Part shown: one piece after another, positions 52,743 through 64,000 of the stretch
Layout of the letters: every line of letters starts with the position of its first letter
How positions within the stretch are numbered: the first letter of the stretch is position 1
From: Ramazzottius varieornatus
Lineage: Eukaryota > Animalia > Tardigrada
Reading direction: 5' to 3'
Assembly (NCBI GenBank): GCA_001949185.1
Contig: BDGG01000004.1
Span: 3,355,267 to 3,419,266, forward strand
DNA: 64,000 nt
Position numbers and translations under genes: made by a program
The notes under the pieces: model-generated
Told to the model about the DNA's origin: nothing
Seen by the model: the letters and a program-made list of their open reading frames with translations, nothing else
The model's database searches: none

Positions 52743-53708
52743 ATGAGGCGGTTCTGCATGGCACTGATCGACGTTTCCGGGACCCTGCACATCGAAGACC
52801 AAGCCGTACAAGGTGCCGTCGAAGCTATCGACCGACTACGTGCCAGTGGAATCCCTTTTCGGTTTGTGACGAACACGACAAAGGAATCGAAGCGCGCCCT
52901 CCACAACAGACTTTCCTCGCTCGGCTTCCATATTAGCCCCGAAGAAATATTCACCTCGATGACGGCTGCCAGGAAGATACTAGAAGCGAAGAAGTGGAGA
53001 CCGTGGCTGCTCGTGTCTGACGAAGCTCTGGAAGACTTCGAAGGAATATCCACGGACAACCCAAATGCCGTAGTCGTCGGTCTAGCCCCGGAAAGGCTCA
53101 ATTACGCAAATATGAACATGGCGTTTGATATGGTTTTTAACAGAGGAGCACATTTGATGGCCATTCATAAATCAAGGTAAATCAAAATCAAGGTGCGCGC
53201 AGCTGTCATACAGATAGGCGCGTAATTGACCATCTGCTATCTAACGGAATGCCGTATATATGTGGTCTTATAACTACAGCTCGCTCTTTTGCCATAGGTA
53301 TTACCAAACAAAGCACGGTTTAGCTCTCGGACCTGGCGCTTTCGTTTCTGGATTGGAATATGCGGTATGGAAGTGGTCGAAGATCTGTGCTGTAAGGCTC
53401 GTGAAGGTTTCAACCTGTCATCGGTTTTTCAGACCGGAATCAAGGCGCAAGTTGTGGGGAAACCCGATGCAGCTTTCTTCCACAGCGCCATACCTGGCGC
53501 CTTGTCGACGCACAAGCTCAACGAGATTGTGATGGTGGGAGATGATGTACGGGATGATGTCCAAGGTGCTTTAAAAGCCGGACTTTCTGCTATCCTTGTG
53601 AAGACGGGCAAGTACAAGGAGGGCGATGAGAAGACGATCGAGCAAGAGTGTACTTTCGTCGCCAACGACGTCGTTCAAGCCGTCGAGTACATATTAGAAG
53701 AACTGTAA
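52743..53708 (+). CDS. HDHD2: HAD-like hydrolase domain-containing protein 2 (HAD-IIA); 3 coding exons
   Basis: LIDVSGTLHIED, RFVTNTTKESK, PNAVVVGLAP, AIHKSR|YY..LALGPGAFVSGLEYA|TG..VVGKP, VMVGDDVRDDVQGA..ILVKTGKY. Confidence 0.93.
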
Positions 53709-54331
53709 CGCTGACTATCAATGCTGCGGAAAGGTAAGTTGGGACAATTTCGGATTTATTTTTATCAGAAGAGAAAAATTAGATGTGGAGCTTTCGGATG
53801 GAAGTAAGAAAGTTTTTGCTTAGTTTTCAAATCCATTGATGTTCTGACATGTTCCGACTTTTCACGTAGGTTGAATTTGTCGCTCGTGAACGCAAATTTG
53901 GGCGGTTCACGAACAGTGTACTTCTTCGATTTTGCCATTGGAACAAGAGTAAACAGATTGGGAAGTTTAATTGTCTGATAAGAGTTTGTGAGACCGTATC
54001 ATCAAGAACTCGCCAGGAACTCTGCATGTTACTTTCGACTATCTGATCATCTTATCGCAGTTACGTTTCCTTCTCTAAGCAGTGAAATCGTAGGTCGATC
54101 ACTATCGACGACAGCTTGGGCTCTTCTGCCGCTGAAAACGACGCCAAAGCGTAATGGAAGAACCTGAAGAACCTGTGGTCGTTTTGTGTATAGGCTCGCT
54201 TCATCGGAAGTCACGCCAAACTTTACTTTAGTTCATCGTTTTATTTGGTGTCAGCTTTCACCGGGATAGAGGGATTCTGTTTGAATTGCCCTCCTTAGGA
54301 TAGACGTGTACCTTCACGAAGTTAGTCAACG

Positions 54332-57300
54332 ATGGCAACGGCGATGGTCAGTCGGGATCCCGAGGATATTGAAAATCTTCTGGCGTTGAACCCGAAAGTC
54401 AACTTTCATGCCAACCTGAAGCCCAGCATCATTACCAAGGTCGAGAAGAAGAACTGGAAGAGGAACGAGGACAAGTCTTGTTCGGTATGTTTTGATAACG
54501 CTGATACAAACCTATGACATATAATCCAACCCGAAACTTTCCCCCTTTATTAGACGTGCAAGCCGCTGGTGAATGATTTCGACGATATCAAACATACGAC
54601 GCTGAGTGAACGTGGAGCTCTAAAGGAAGCCGGACGCTGTTTGAAATGCGTGGACGCACCCTGTCAGAAAAGTTGCCCGACCCAGCTGGATGTTAAGACC
54701 TTCATCGGCAGTATCGCAACAAAAGTATGATGGTTGAACTGACCGTAACAACACCTTATAGAAATACTGAACATAAGGTTCTTCTTTGTTGCAGAATTAC
54801 TATGGAGCCGCCAAAGCCATTCTGTCCGATAACCCTGTCGGTAAGTATCAACCCGACCATCGTTTGTTCTTCGGGGTTCGCTGTCATTTCAACTGTATGA
54901 GAAACTTGACCAGTTTTCGTTATCCAGGTCTTACCTGCGGCATGGTTTGTCCCACCAGTGACCTTTGTGTGGGCGGATGTAACTTGTACGCAACCGAAGA
55001 AGGACCGATAAACATCGGCGGTCTACAACACTTTGCGGTTGAAGTAAGCTGGGCTTTTGGTTGTACTGTATTTGACCAAGGAATATTTCCACCGTGATTC
55101 CATCTGTTTTCAGACGTTCAAAAGAATGGACATACCACAAATTCTGCCGCCTGATTTACCCGAACACATGCCAGAAAGCTATTCGGCCAAAATAGCGTTG
55201 ATTGGTGCCGGTCCGGCTACGATTTGTTGCGGAACATTTCTCGGTAAAACTCTTTAGAGTTTTTTTTGTAAAATGTATTTAATGCGCGTTGATGAATTGT
55301 CCAATTGTGTTTTATACCTCTAGCTCGTCTTGGTTATTCGGACATCACAGTCTTCGAAAAGAATTCCTACCCAGCCGGATTAAGTGCATCGGAAATTCCC
55401 CAGTTCCGCTTACCGTACGACGCGGTGTCGTGGGAAGTCAAGCTAATGCAAGACCTGGGCGTCAAGGTATGTTAAACTCAACAGTGACACATCCGTTCCT
55501 CTGACGCGTAGCACGTGCGCCACGCAGTAGTTTCTTGAGGGGCGGGGCTGCTTCCTTGCAGTAACGCAGCGTGTTTTACAGATACAATACGGAGCGGGAC
55601 TAGGAATTAATGGAATGACGATCCAAGGTCTTCGAGATGAAGGCTATGAAGCCATCTTTGTGGGCATCGGTCTGCCTGATGCAAAGAGGGACCGCATGTT
55701 TGACGGACTTACTACCCAGAATGGGTTCTTCACCTCCAAAGAGTTCTTGCCAGCTGTCAGTGCTGCCAGCAAACCAGGTAGGTCTTTAAAGCAACCAGAA
55801 CATGTGGTAGTTTGACCGTCCTTTTGGACAGGAATGTGCGGATGTAAGTCGAAATTGCCTCAACTCTGGGGCCACGTACTGGTATTGGGTCTTGGGGACA
55901 CCGCGTTAGACTGTGCTTCGTCGGCGCTCCGCTGTGGTGCGAAGAGAGTAACCATCATATTCCGAAAAGGCTTCACAACAGTTCGAGCTGTTCCGGAAGA
56001 AGTAGCGCTAGCTCGCGAAGGTATGTCGCCACAAAATAGAAGACTAATTTACTGCATAATCATGTGTTTTTCTGCCTGTAGAAAAATGCGAGTTTATGCC
56101 GTTCATGCAGCCAAAAAAGGTTATGATGCGTGGCGACCGCATTTCGGGTATGGAGTTCTACCGCACAGAGCAGTTGGAAGACGGAAGATGGACTGAAGAC
56201 CCCGAGCAGCTGGTCCGACTGAAAGCCGACTTTGTCATTTCCGCCTTCGGATCTGCCTTGCTGAACCCTGCGGTCAAACAATCTCTGGCGCCGCTGGAAC
56301 TCACCGAAAGCGGGTACGCTGTTGTGGACAAAATGACCATGTGCAGTAAGGTCGCACCCTGGCTGTTTTGTGGTGGTGACATTGCTGGTGTGTCCGAGAT
56401 GACAGTGGAAGCTGCGAATGATGGCAAGACCGCATCGTGGTCCATGCACCGCTACCTCCAGGTATTGTGAAATATTCTTCCATACACACTTGACCGATGC
56501 TTTTCACCGGATGAGCCAGTTTTTAGCTCTTCATTGTTCTAGTCTATCTACAACATGGAAGTTCCGGAGAAGCCGATGCTACCCCAGTTCTATACTGAAA
56601 TTGACCTGGTTGACATCAGTATCGAAATGTGCGGCTTGAAATTCATAAACCCGTTCGGCCTGGCTTCGGCCCCGCCGACAACGTCCAGTCCTATGATCCG
56701 TAGAGGTATGAAGCTTGCTATTACAGCAATGTTTCTGTTCAAACGCAGTGCCCATCGTCGCTACACCACCGAATTTCACGAAGATCTTTTCACCGGTTGA
56801 TGAAGTTTCATTGGTGATTGAATTTTGTTATCGATCATGCTTTTTCTTGTCACAGCCTTTGAAGCCGGATGGGGATTCGCTTTGACAAAGACGTACTCAT
56901 TGGACAAGGCAGGTTTACAGTTTGCGGCATTTGACCATGTGCTCTGCTAAGAGTAAAAGGTTTTCTTGTTTTCTAAATCACAGCATATTTTGCAACCTTT
57001 TGAGATACATTAGTACTGTGGGCGTAAATCTGTTTTCTGTAGGACCTCGTCACCAATGTCAGTCCTCGTATAGGTGAGTATTCTGGTGCTATGTTTGGCT
57101 GGCGCCACAGCCAAGACCAGGTCTCACAGTGTGATCGCTGGTGTGTTCCGCAGTTCGTGGAACCACATCTGGACATACTTTTGGCCCCGGTCAAGGATCG
57201 TTCTTGAACATTGAGCTGATCAGTGAGAAAACGGCCGAGTACTGGTGCAAGAGTGTCACCGAACTGGTGAAGGACTTCCCGAATCAGGTAGGAATCCTTT

Positions 57301-59919
57301 TGCTGTTTCCCGGCGCTACCCGATTTATTTGTCGGTCGCAGTGATTAACCTATGGTTTACTGAACAGATTGTCATCGCGAGTATTATGTGTTCTTACAAC
57401 AAAGAGGACTGGACTCAGTTGGCCAAACAGTCGGAGGACGCTGGCGCGCAAGCTCTGGAGTTAAACTTGAGCTGTCCTCATGGTATGGGAGAGCGTGGTA
57501 TGGGACTGGCCTGTGGTCAGAAGCCGGAACTCGTGCGCGACATTTGCCGATGGGTAAGATTGATAACGACTCCAAAACGCCGACGACAGGATCTACATAT
57601 AAATAAGATTTATTTCACCGTATAGGTGCGAAGTGCGGTGAAAATCCCGTTCTTTGCCAAACTGACACCGAACGTCACAGGTACCTCGCAAGTCTTCTGT
57701 ATCTCGGTCGGTAGAATGGTGGTGTTTTTATCGTTCTGTAACACGGTTTCTTTATAGACATTGTGGATATCGCTCGGGCTGCAAAAGAAGGTACGCAAAA
57801 CGGCCGAGATACCTTTGTTTGTCCGCATGAAAGCGGACACCAATTCATGAAACTCTGATACACATAGGTGGCGCTGATGGAGTCACGGCCACGAACACAG
57901 TTTCCGGGTTAATGGGGATCCGACCGGACGGCACTGCGTGGCCTTCGGTTGGTGCTGAGAAGCGCACAACGTACGGAGGAGTATCAGGAAATGGTAAGAA
58001 CCCATTTCCGAGCACATAATCACGTTGAGTGTTTGTGGTGGCTGCTCGACTAACCGCGTATTGTTCTCCGACAGCCATAAGACCCATCGCGCTTCGAGCG
58101 GTCAGCGCGATCAGGAGGTCTCTGCCGGAATTCCCTATCTTGGCCACAGGAGGAATTGACTCAGCAGAAGCGGCTCTGCAGTTTTTGCAGGCTGGTGCGA
58201 GTGTTGTGCAAGTCGGGAGCGCGGTTCAAAATCAAGATTTTACTGTTATCCAGGTAACGTAGTCACGCAGCACACGCTTATGAGGCGTGGGCACCCGTGG
58301 TCTCACTTTTCTTCCGTGTGTCTCCCGAACCCGTCGTCCAATCTCCGTAACTTGAAATGTGGTATCTTGCAGAAGAAGATTCTATACTTTCTGACCACGT
58401 GGCATTCCGGTCATTTCTTCCCGTACATCGATCTATTCACTACATTGAAAGATTTTCGCATGAAGTATTTGGTGGACATTCTTTCAATTTAGTGAATAGA
58501 TCAATGTATGGGCTACATTCTGCCCGTTTAAGCTTTCCCAAAATCTTGTCACGTGACGAGAGATGGGCGGCCAGAAATGACCCTTATTTCCTTGTCCGAC
58601 CATCATTGCTCAGCGGTTGATCGATTGAAGAAATGACCGGAATGCCCACGTGGTCCGAAAGTTTATAATCTTCTTCTACAAGATACATTTTAAGGTACGG
58701 AAATTGGATGAGGGGTTTGAGAGGTACAAGAAAGCAAATTAAAACACGCCCATGAATCATCAGCGTGACAGTAGATTCCGAGAAATCGGCTATGCGTAGT
58801 TGGATTCAAATCCTAACCAGCGATTCCGTATGTTTAGGACTATATCACCGGAATGAAGACCTTGCTTTACTTGGAAAGCAAAGGTGGTTTACCAGGTTGG
58901 GAAGGACAGTCGCCGCCCATTTTGAAGCACCAGAAAGGAAAACCTGTTCGTCATTTGGAAGCCACGACAGGAGAGGTTGGTCGTAGTGCTATAGCCAAAT
59001 CAGGAAGTGAATGATTATCAATCAAGCATTCGACGTTCTAATCAATCGACCGTACGCATGCCTTTGCCGCTTTTACAGACGCTACCATTCTTCGGAAAGT
59101 ACCAGCTGGAGCGAGACGATTTAGAGGCGCACATTAAACAGAGCGACGGTTTTGCCTCGAACACCCAGCTGTCGAAGCACCTACAGGAAACAGGAGACTC
59201 GACCGACCGTGTGACGCTGAACGGAGCGAAGAAGCAGATTGCCAGTTTAGACTCGTTCTTGAACGGTGCAGTATCCCGAATAGGCGCTTATAGCGATCTG
59301 GATCCACGCGCTCAGGTGGTTGCTGTTGTCGACCAGGCAAGTGTTCCTAACGTGTTTACTCCGTATCTTTCTAGCACGATCTAGTTATGAATCAGGTGTA
59401 AATTGAGTTTATGACATCTTCCAGGACCTCTGCATAAACTGTGGAAAATGTTACATGGCGTGTAACGACAGCGGTAAGAAAATCAAGAAAAATATGCATG
59501 ATCCCCTCTCTCGACAATAAACTGGTGAATCCATACGAGAACCTCGAATGGCTTTTCAGGGTATCAAGCCATAGAGTTCGACGCAAAGTCCCACTTGCCT
59601 TACATCACCGAGGACTGCACAGGTGAGATCTCGAGTTATTCGACGCGTGGACTACCTACTGTAGCTTTCCTGGTCTTTGCAGAAAATACTGATAACTTTC
59701 ACAGCATTCCAATGCTTGACGTTTTACGAATTCTTCTGCCTTTTAGGTTGTGACATGTGCCTGTCGGTATGTCCTATTCCAAGCTGCATTACAATGACGA
59801 AGAGAATGACACCCTACAAGCCCAAGAGAGGTATACCCCCTCGCAACCAACAAGACAACGGATTGGCCGCCACAAAAATGAATGGACATCGAGATGAGGA
59901 ACCTTTACAGTGTCAATAG
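54332..59919 (+). CDS. DPYD: Dihydropyrimidine dehydrogenase [NADP+]; >20 exons
   Basis: [75 protein letters not shown], catalytic loop [43 protein letters not shown]. Confidence 0.97.
58262..58769. repeat. Long multi-branched inverted repeat (foldback) filling DPYD intron 58254-58837
   Basis: Outer arms ~58310-58420 / 58627-58735 are imperfect reverse complements (e.g. GGCATTCCGGTCATTTCTTC / GAAGAAATGACCGGAATGCC). A nested 33-bp stem pairs 58420-58452 with 58480-58512 (30/33). Terminal GTCACGC/GCGTGAC at 58262/58769. Confidence 0.9.
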
Positions 59920-60176
59920 AAAGTCCAACGGGAATTGAGGCAATGTATAAAATGGTAGAAAGCAAAATACATATGTAGCAAAAGACGTACTCGTACCGTT
60001 CTAACCAGGAAGTGATTCCTTAAAAAAAATTAGCACAATAAAATACTTATAGTCAAATGCAGTCATGAGGTAGAATCGTACAGAAGAGAAAATTTCATTA
60101 GAGTGCCTATTACAAAATCATCATTACGTTGTGTCGGTCCTGAGATTTACACCAAATACACTTGAAAATCTGCATA

Positions 60177-60212
60177 GTAAAGCCAGGGTGGTAAAGCCAG
60201 GGTGGTAAAGCC
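60177..60212. repeat. 14-bp tandem repeat (GTAAAGCCAGGGTG) x2.6
   Basis: GTAAAGCCAGGGTG GTAAAGCCAGGGTG GTAAAGCC read directly. Confidence 0.9.
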
Positions 60213-60255
60213 TTCCGTGACCTGAAGTGCCGGATTGACCATTTGTTGTCGTTAC

Positions 60256-61132
60256 TCAAGGAAGACCGAAGAACTTCTGGAGGGTTATTTGCGGGTCGTC
60301 GATGGAGAACGACTCGCGGAATTGCTCATCGACTTCTTTAGCAATCTTGATGTAATGTTCTTTCGTGAGAACGAAAATCCCTTGCTTCTTTTCCTTCTTC
60401 AACTTGGACCACCTGCAACGCGACGCAACGCTTTAGTGAGTAAAGTGACATCATACTTATCAAAACTGGGTGAAGGAAGATGGTTAATACTTGTGAGAAG
60501 AATTCCAAAAGTGGGCAAACCAAAGCTCGAAGGGGTTGGATAGTGAACCATACAGAGCTGAGATATCATACTCCACGGCCCACTCAAAAGCGGTGTCACT
60601 GTTTCCATAACCAATAAGTTAATAAACAAACCACACCGATACGAAACAATAACGGTAGCAGCAAAAAAGCCGAAGACGTACTATTTTCTCCAGTCACGGT
60701 ATTTCAGTCTGTAAGACGGCACGATCTTGTGCAGCTCAGGGCATTCAAAGTCCACGGCAACTTCCACGATCTTCAACAAGCGGAAATGGCACAGAAACAG
60801 CCATTAGAGCCAAACGTGAGAAACTTACCGTAGCAAAGTAGTAGTACTGGGAACAGACCACCACCTCGTCGCCTGCACGAAAAACCAGAAGGCAAGTTTT
60901 AAGAATTTCATTCAAATCAGTACATACCTACTGTGACGGTCGGACTACAAAAGGGCTTACCGATTTTGTACAATGGCTTCGCAACGTATTTCGGATCCTC
61001 GTACGGTCGATCTCGGATTTTCTGCAACGACACGCTCAGCTGACTCATTTTGTCCACAGCTGACAAACTCGCGAGTGCATCGTCTTTCCCATCCAGAAGC
61101 GCATTCTCCACAGGGCTAGAAGACGCGGCCAT
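60256..61132 (-). CDS. Small protein with a divergent chromo-barrel/Tudor-knot-like domain (MRG15/MSL3/MOF N-terminal type); ~5 exons
   Basis: Phase-consistent splicing gives MAASSSPVEN..PLYKIG|DEVVVCSQYYYFAT|IVEVAVDFECPELHKIVPSYRLKYRDWRK|YDTAFEWAVEYDISAL|WSKLKKEKK..FFGLP*, following the F/YxxGExV..Y-A.IV.V....Y.IHY.GW...DEWV pattern. Confidence 0.55.
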
Positions 61133-62104
61133 AATTCCAAAGTATACCTGCGAAAAGCCAGAAGTGTACATCTAATGTATCGTCGGACAATGTTCCACGA
61201 CGATCTCCCACGTACCTCCACCAGGTCTACCCGTTTCCTGCTTGCAAACGGCGGATCTCTCGCGCTGCCTCAGAAGAAATTATGCAAGACCAACAAAAAG
61301 TTACGCAACTCCACGACTGGACACCATCCTGACCGGCACCCCCTGTCGGAAGGAGTTCCAAATGACTGCGTGAAGCTTCTTACCTCTCTGCGAAGCCGGA
61401 GCGCTGCGCTACGGATTTAACACTGGACTCGATAGCAATCTCAGAGCCGTCTGATCCTCCGAACTAGAACTTCGAAATCTGGAAACAGAAATGAGACTGT
61501 GAGAGTCTGGTAATAGGAAGACGGACTTCCGGCCGATTCCAGAATCTCCCTGTCATGCTAAATGGGCGGAGGGCCGAGGCTGCGGACTCTGAACTCCTAA
61601 AGTACTAAGACTTAAACGAACCCCTGGCGCCAGAGGGCGAGTCCAGGAAACCTGGGCGGGCAGTGAATGTGACCTTTGGCACAGCCAACTCGAGAACCGC
61701 AACTTTGTAAACTTGTGATTTTTGTTGTTGCTCTTTTAGCCTTGCTGGAGGATGAGAAAACCACTGCCTTCATCGCTCTCCACGAAGATGCACTGCAGCT
61801 GTGGGATAACGATGAGGGGACCGTATTTCTAGGCGCCGCAGGTTGCACTTGGCAAGCCAAGGATGCACGGCATTGCGCTGCACGGCATGATGATCATCAC
61901 ACTTGGGTAATTGTTCCACTTACTCGTAACTCGCCGTGCAAGGATCGGGCTTCGTTCTCACTGCGGCCATCTTTGCAACGTCAACAGTCGGAGCGGCTGG
62001 ACTTGGATTGACAGGTGAACGCGTTGAGTAGCTGATGGGATGGAAGAAAAGTGCAGTTAAGAACTGTCGGAAGTGTGGACTACCCGAATTAAAAGTGGGC
62101 AAAG

Positions 62105-64000
62105 ATGTATTTCATCAATGGATTCCCGAAGATCATCAGCACTATCCCGTCGGAAGAAGATGACTGCTTTCAGTATTTATGCTGTAACAGAGAGCATACG
62201 TTGATATTGGTCCTGCGGAAATACTCCTTTGCAATATGGCAGCTTCGGGTAATTATGCATACTCGAATAATGTTGACAATCTTATATGGTTTGACTGGAT
62301 GCTCTCGATTCAAATATCTAAATGAAGTCCTTCAAATTTTCCTCTGTCTTGCAGCCATTACTGCAGCTTACTGCGTATCGCAGATCGCATTCATCGGTGA
62401 AGAATGTTGGCATAAATGTCGGTGCGTTGTGGGAACCGGAAACGAATGCCATCGTGATTCAGGCACGTATAATTTTCGTGCCGTCATATAAGAGTAAACT
62501 ATGGATGCAGTTTCCGTCATATAATTACACGAAAAAATTCCCCATTCACTATATTAAATTTGCCGTATAGAGGATTGCTGAAAATAGTTATGAGCGAACG
62601 TGATGTAGATTTGGATGGGGGCTTTGTCGAGTCACTGATTACGTTCTCGCTGTAGACGGCGGAAGGTGGACTGATGTTCTTCAACCTGGACTTCCGCAAC
62701 GCGGACCGTGGATGTTACCAGCTTGAAGATTCGAAGTGCGTAATCATCTCACAGCTATGTGTTGTGTAGTGTCATACTGTCGCTTTTTAGGAACTCCAGG
62801 AGAGAATCGGACGAGCTGTTCCTCAAAGAAACCATTCCGTATATCTCTGTCATTCCTACCGCCAGCATAATGATCGCAGGCGGAATAACAAGGTACGCCG
62901 CATCCTCTGCCTTCTTCCCGGAAAATGAAACTAGCCTATGTTCGGGGCTGTTTCAGCTTGGAGTCGTTACGGGACAACGTGATGGTGGCGTCTTCCTCTG
63001 GGTTTATCCAGCGAATCCAATGGGATGGCAGTATAAACAACAGTCTAACTATAGTCTTGGAAAAAGTCCCCTTCTCGATCGACTTACCTCAGTCCAAAAG
63101 TATGTTTCGTTCACCTTGCTCATTGCTTATATTGATGGAAGAAATCTGGTGTTGGCCTAAGATCGGTTCTTTTCCAGAGTCTTACTTGAGTCAGTCATCG
63201 ATCCACATAATCGACTTGGATTTCTCTTTTCTACTCGGTGGGTTCTCGTTAGTGCTCTCTAATGGACGAGGTGCTTTGATGACCGCAAGTGACGTCGAGT
63301 TCCTGCCGGATACCGTGCAGTGTGTTTGGGTACCAGTAGAGCCTTCCCCTTTCACTTGCACAGCTGTCAATCACAAGTACCGTTTAATGGCGTTCGGCTG
63401 TACAAAGTAGGTGCATAACAGTTCTTTTTGAACGAGGGAAGAGAGGTCTAACCTTTTTTATGCTTGATTGCAGTGCACAAGGAGCACTGTACTGCATCGA
63501 GGACCAGACAGAAGGTATCCAGCTGACCCACCGTCTGCAATTGCTGGACAGAGACTGTCCGGACATGGCGGGCGGGTGCGGGTCCGTGGAAGGTCTCCGA
63601 TGGACACCGGACGGGTGTGCCCTGGCTATGATCTGGAAGAAAGGAGGCTTCGCTATATGGAGCGTCTTTGGCGCTCTCCTGACTTTCTCTCTGTCGTTGG
63701 TGCACGAAAGCATTCCAAGGAGGGTTTCAGCGTTGGTACGTACTGACAGGATTTTCAACTCCATGTGCAAAGAACTCTTACTCAACGGTTGCTTTCTCCG
63801 TTGTAGGACTGGGGTACAGAAGGCTACACGATGTGGATACTTGACCCGAAACTTCTTCTGGCATATAACTTCGTGAAAAGCGCTCTTACCGTGAACAACT
63901 GCTCAGTGAGTGACCATTTTGAAGATGACGATCAGCGTTTGTATGGATGTCGAATTTTCAGACCAACAGAACCAGCGTACTTCTTCAAGGGGAGAATGGT
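62105..64000 (+). CDS. RIC1: RIC1 (Rab6 GEF complex subunit, KIAA1432/Rich), 5' partial
   Basis: MYFINGFPK N-terminus, ESDELFLKETIP, IQRIQWDG..VPFSIDL, LLGGFSLVLSNGR, TCTAVNHKYRLMAFG, LRWTPDGCALAMIWKKGGFAIWSVFGALL|DWGTEGY; runs off the window end. Confidence 0.93.

Noticed and set aside
52764-52790. HDHD2 motif I DVSGT lacking the second Asp (possible pseudoenzyme)
   Set aside because: DxSGT is the normal state in the HDHD2/LHPP subfamily.
60457-60465. Possible 9-nt frame-preserving microexon (adds FDK) in the chromo-barrel gene
   Set aside because: The downstream intron would be only 44 nt, shorter than others here, and the model works without it; needs junction reads.

Overview
Eukaryotic (animal) genomic DNA, not prokaryotic: a very compact, gene-dense invertebrate genome with about 23 spliceosomal multi-exon genes in 64 kb, mostly 50-150 nt introns and short intergenic spacers. 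Recognisable genes in order: SRRM1 (+), RPL13A (-), divergent ORC3 (+), an intronless NKL-type homeobox gene (+), a tandem pair of adenosine kinases (+,+), a REDIC1/C12orf40-like gene (+), a divergent 13-exon PP1 catalytic subunit (+), MRPS16 (+), SYAP1 (-), ATP5MK/DAPIT (+), MTRES1 (-), an orphan with a possible chromoshadow-like end (+), cathepsin L (+), a Quaking/How STAR protein with two alternative C-termini (-), TMEM35/NACHO (+), DOCK1/mbc (+), TONSL (-), NDUFA6 (+), HDHD2 (+), DPYD (+), a small chromo-barrel/Tudor-knot protein (-) and the 5' part of RIC1 (+). The non-coding structure is the most interesting layer. Almost every longer intron examined folds back on itself, which would shorten it to near the modal short length; the extreme case is a ~500 nt multi-branched foldback in a DPYD intron. 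There are also four GC-AG introns, an excess of TAC(A/T)GTA Tc1/mariner-type footprints, a small MITE-like element, and a recurrent GTCATGTCAT motif upstream of four genes. Gene models were assembled by eye from splice signals and remembered homology; no database searches or folding programs were run, and the species cannot be determined from this window.
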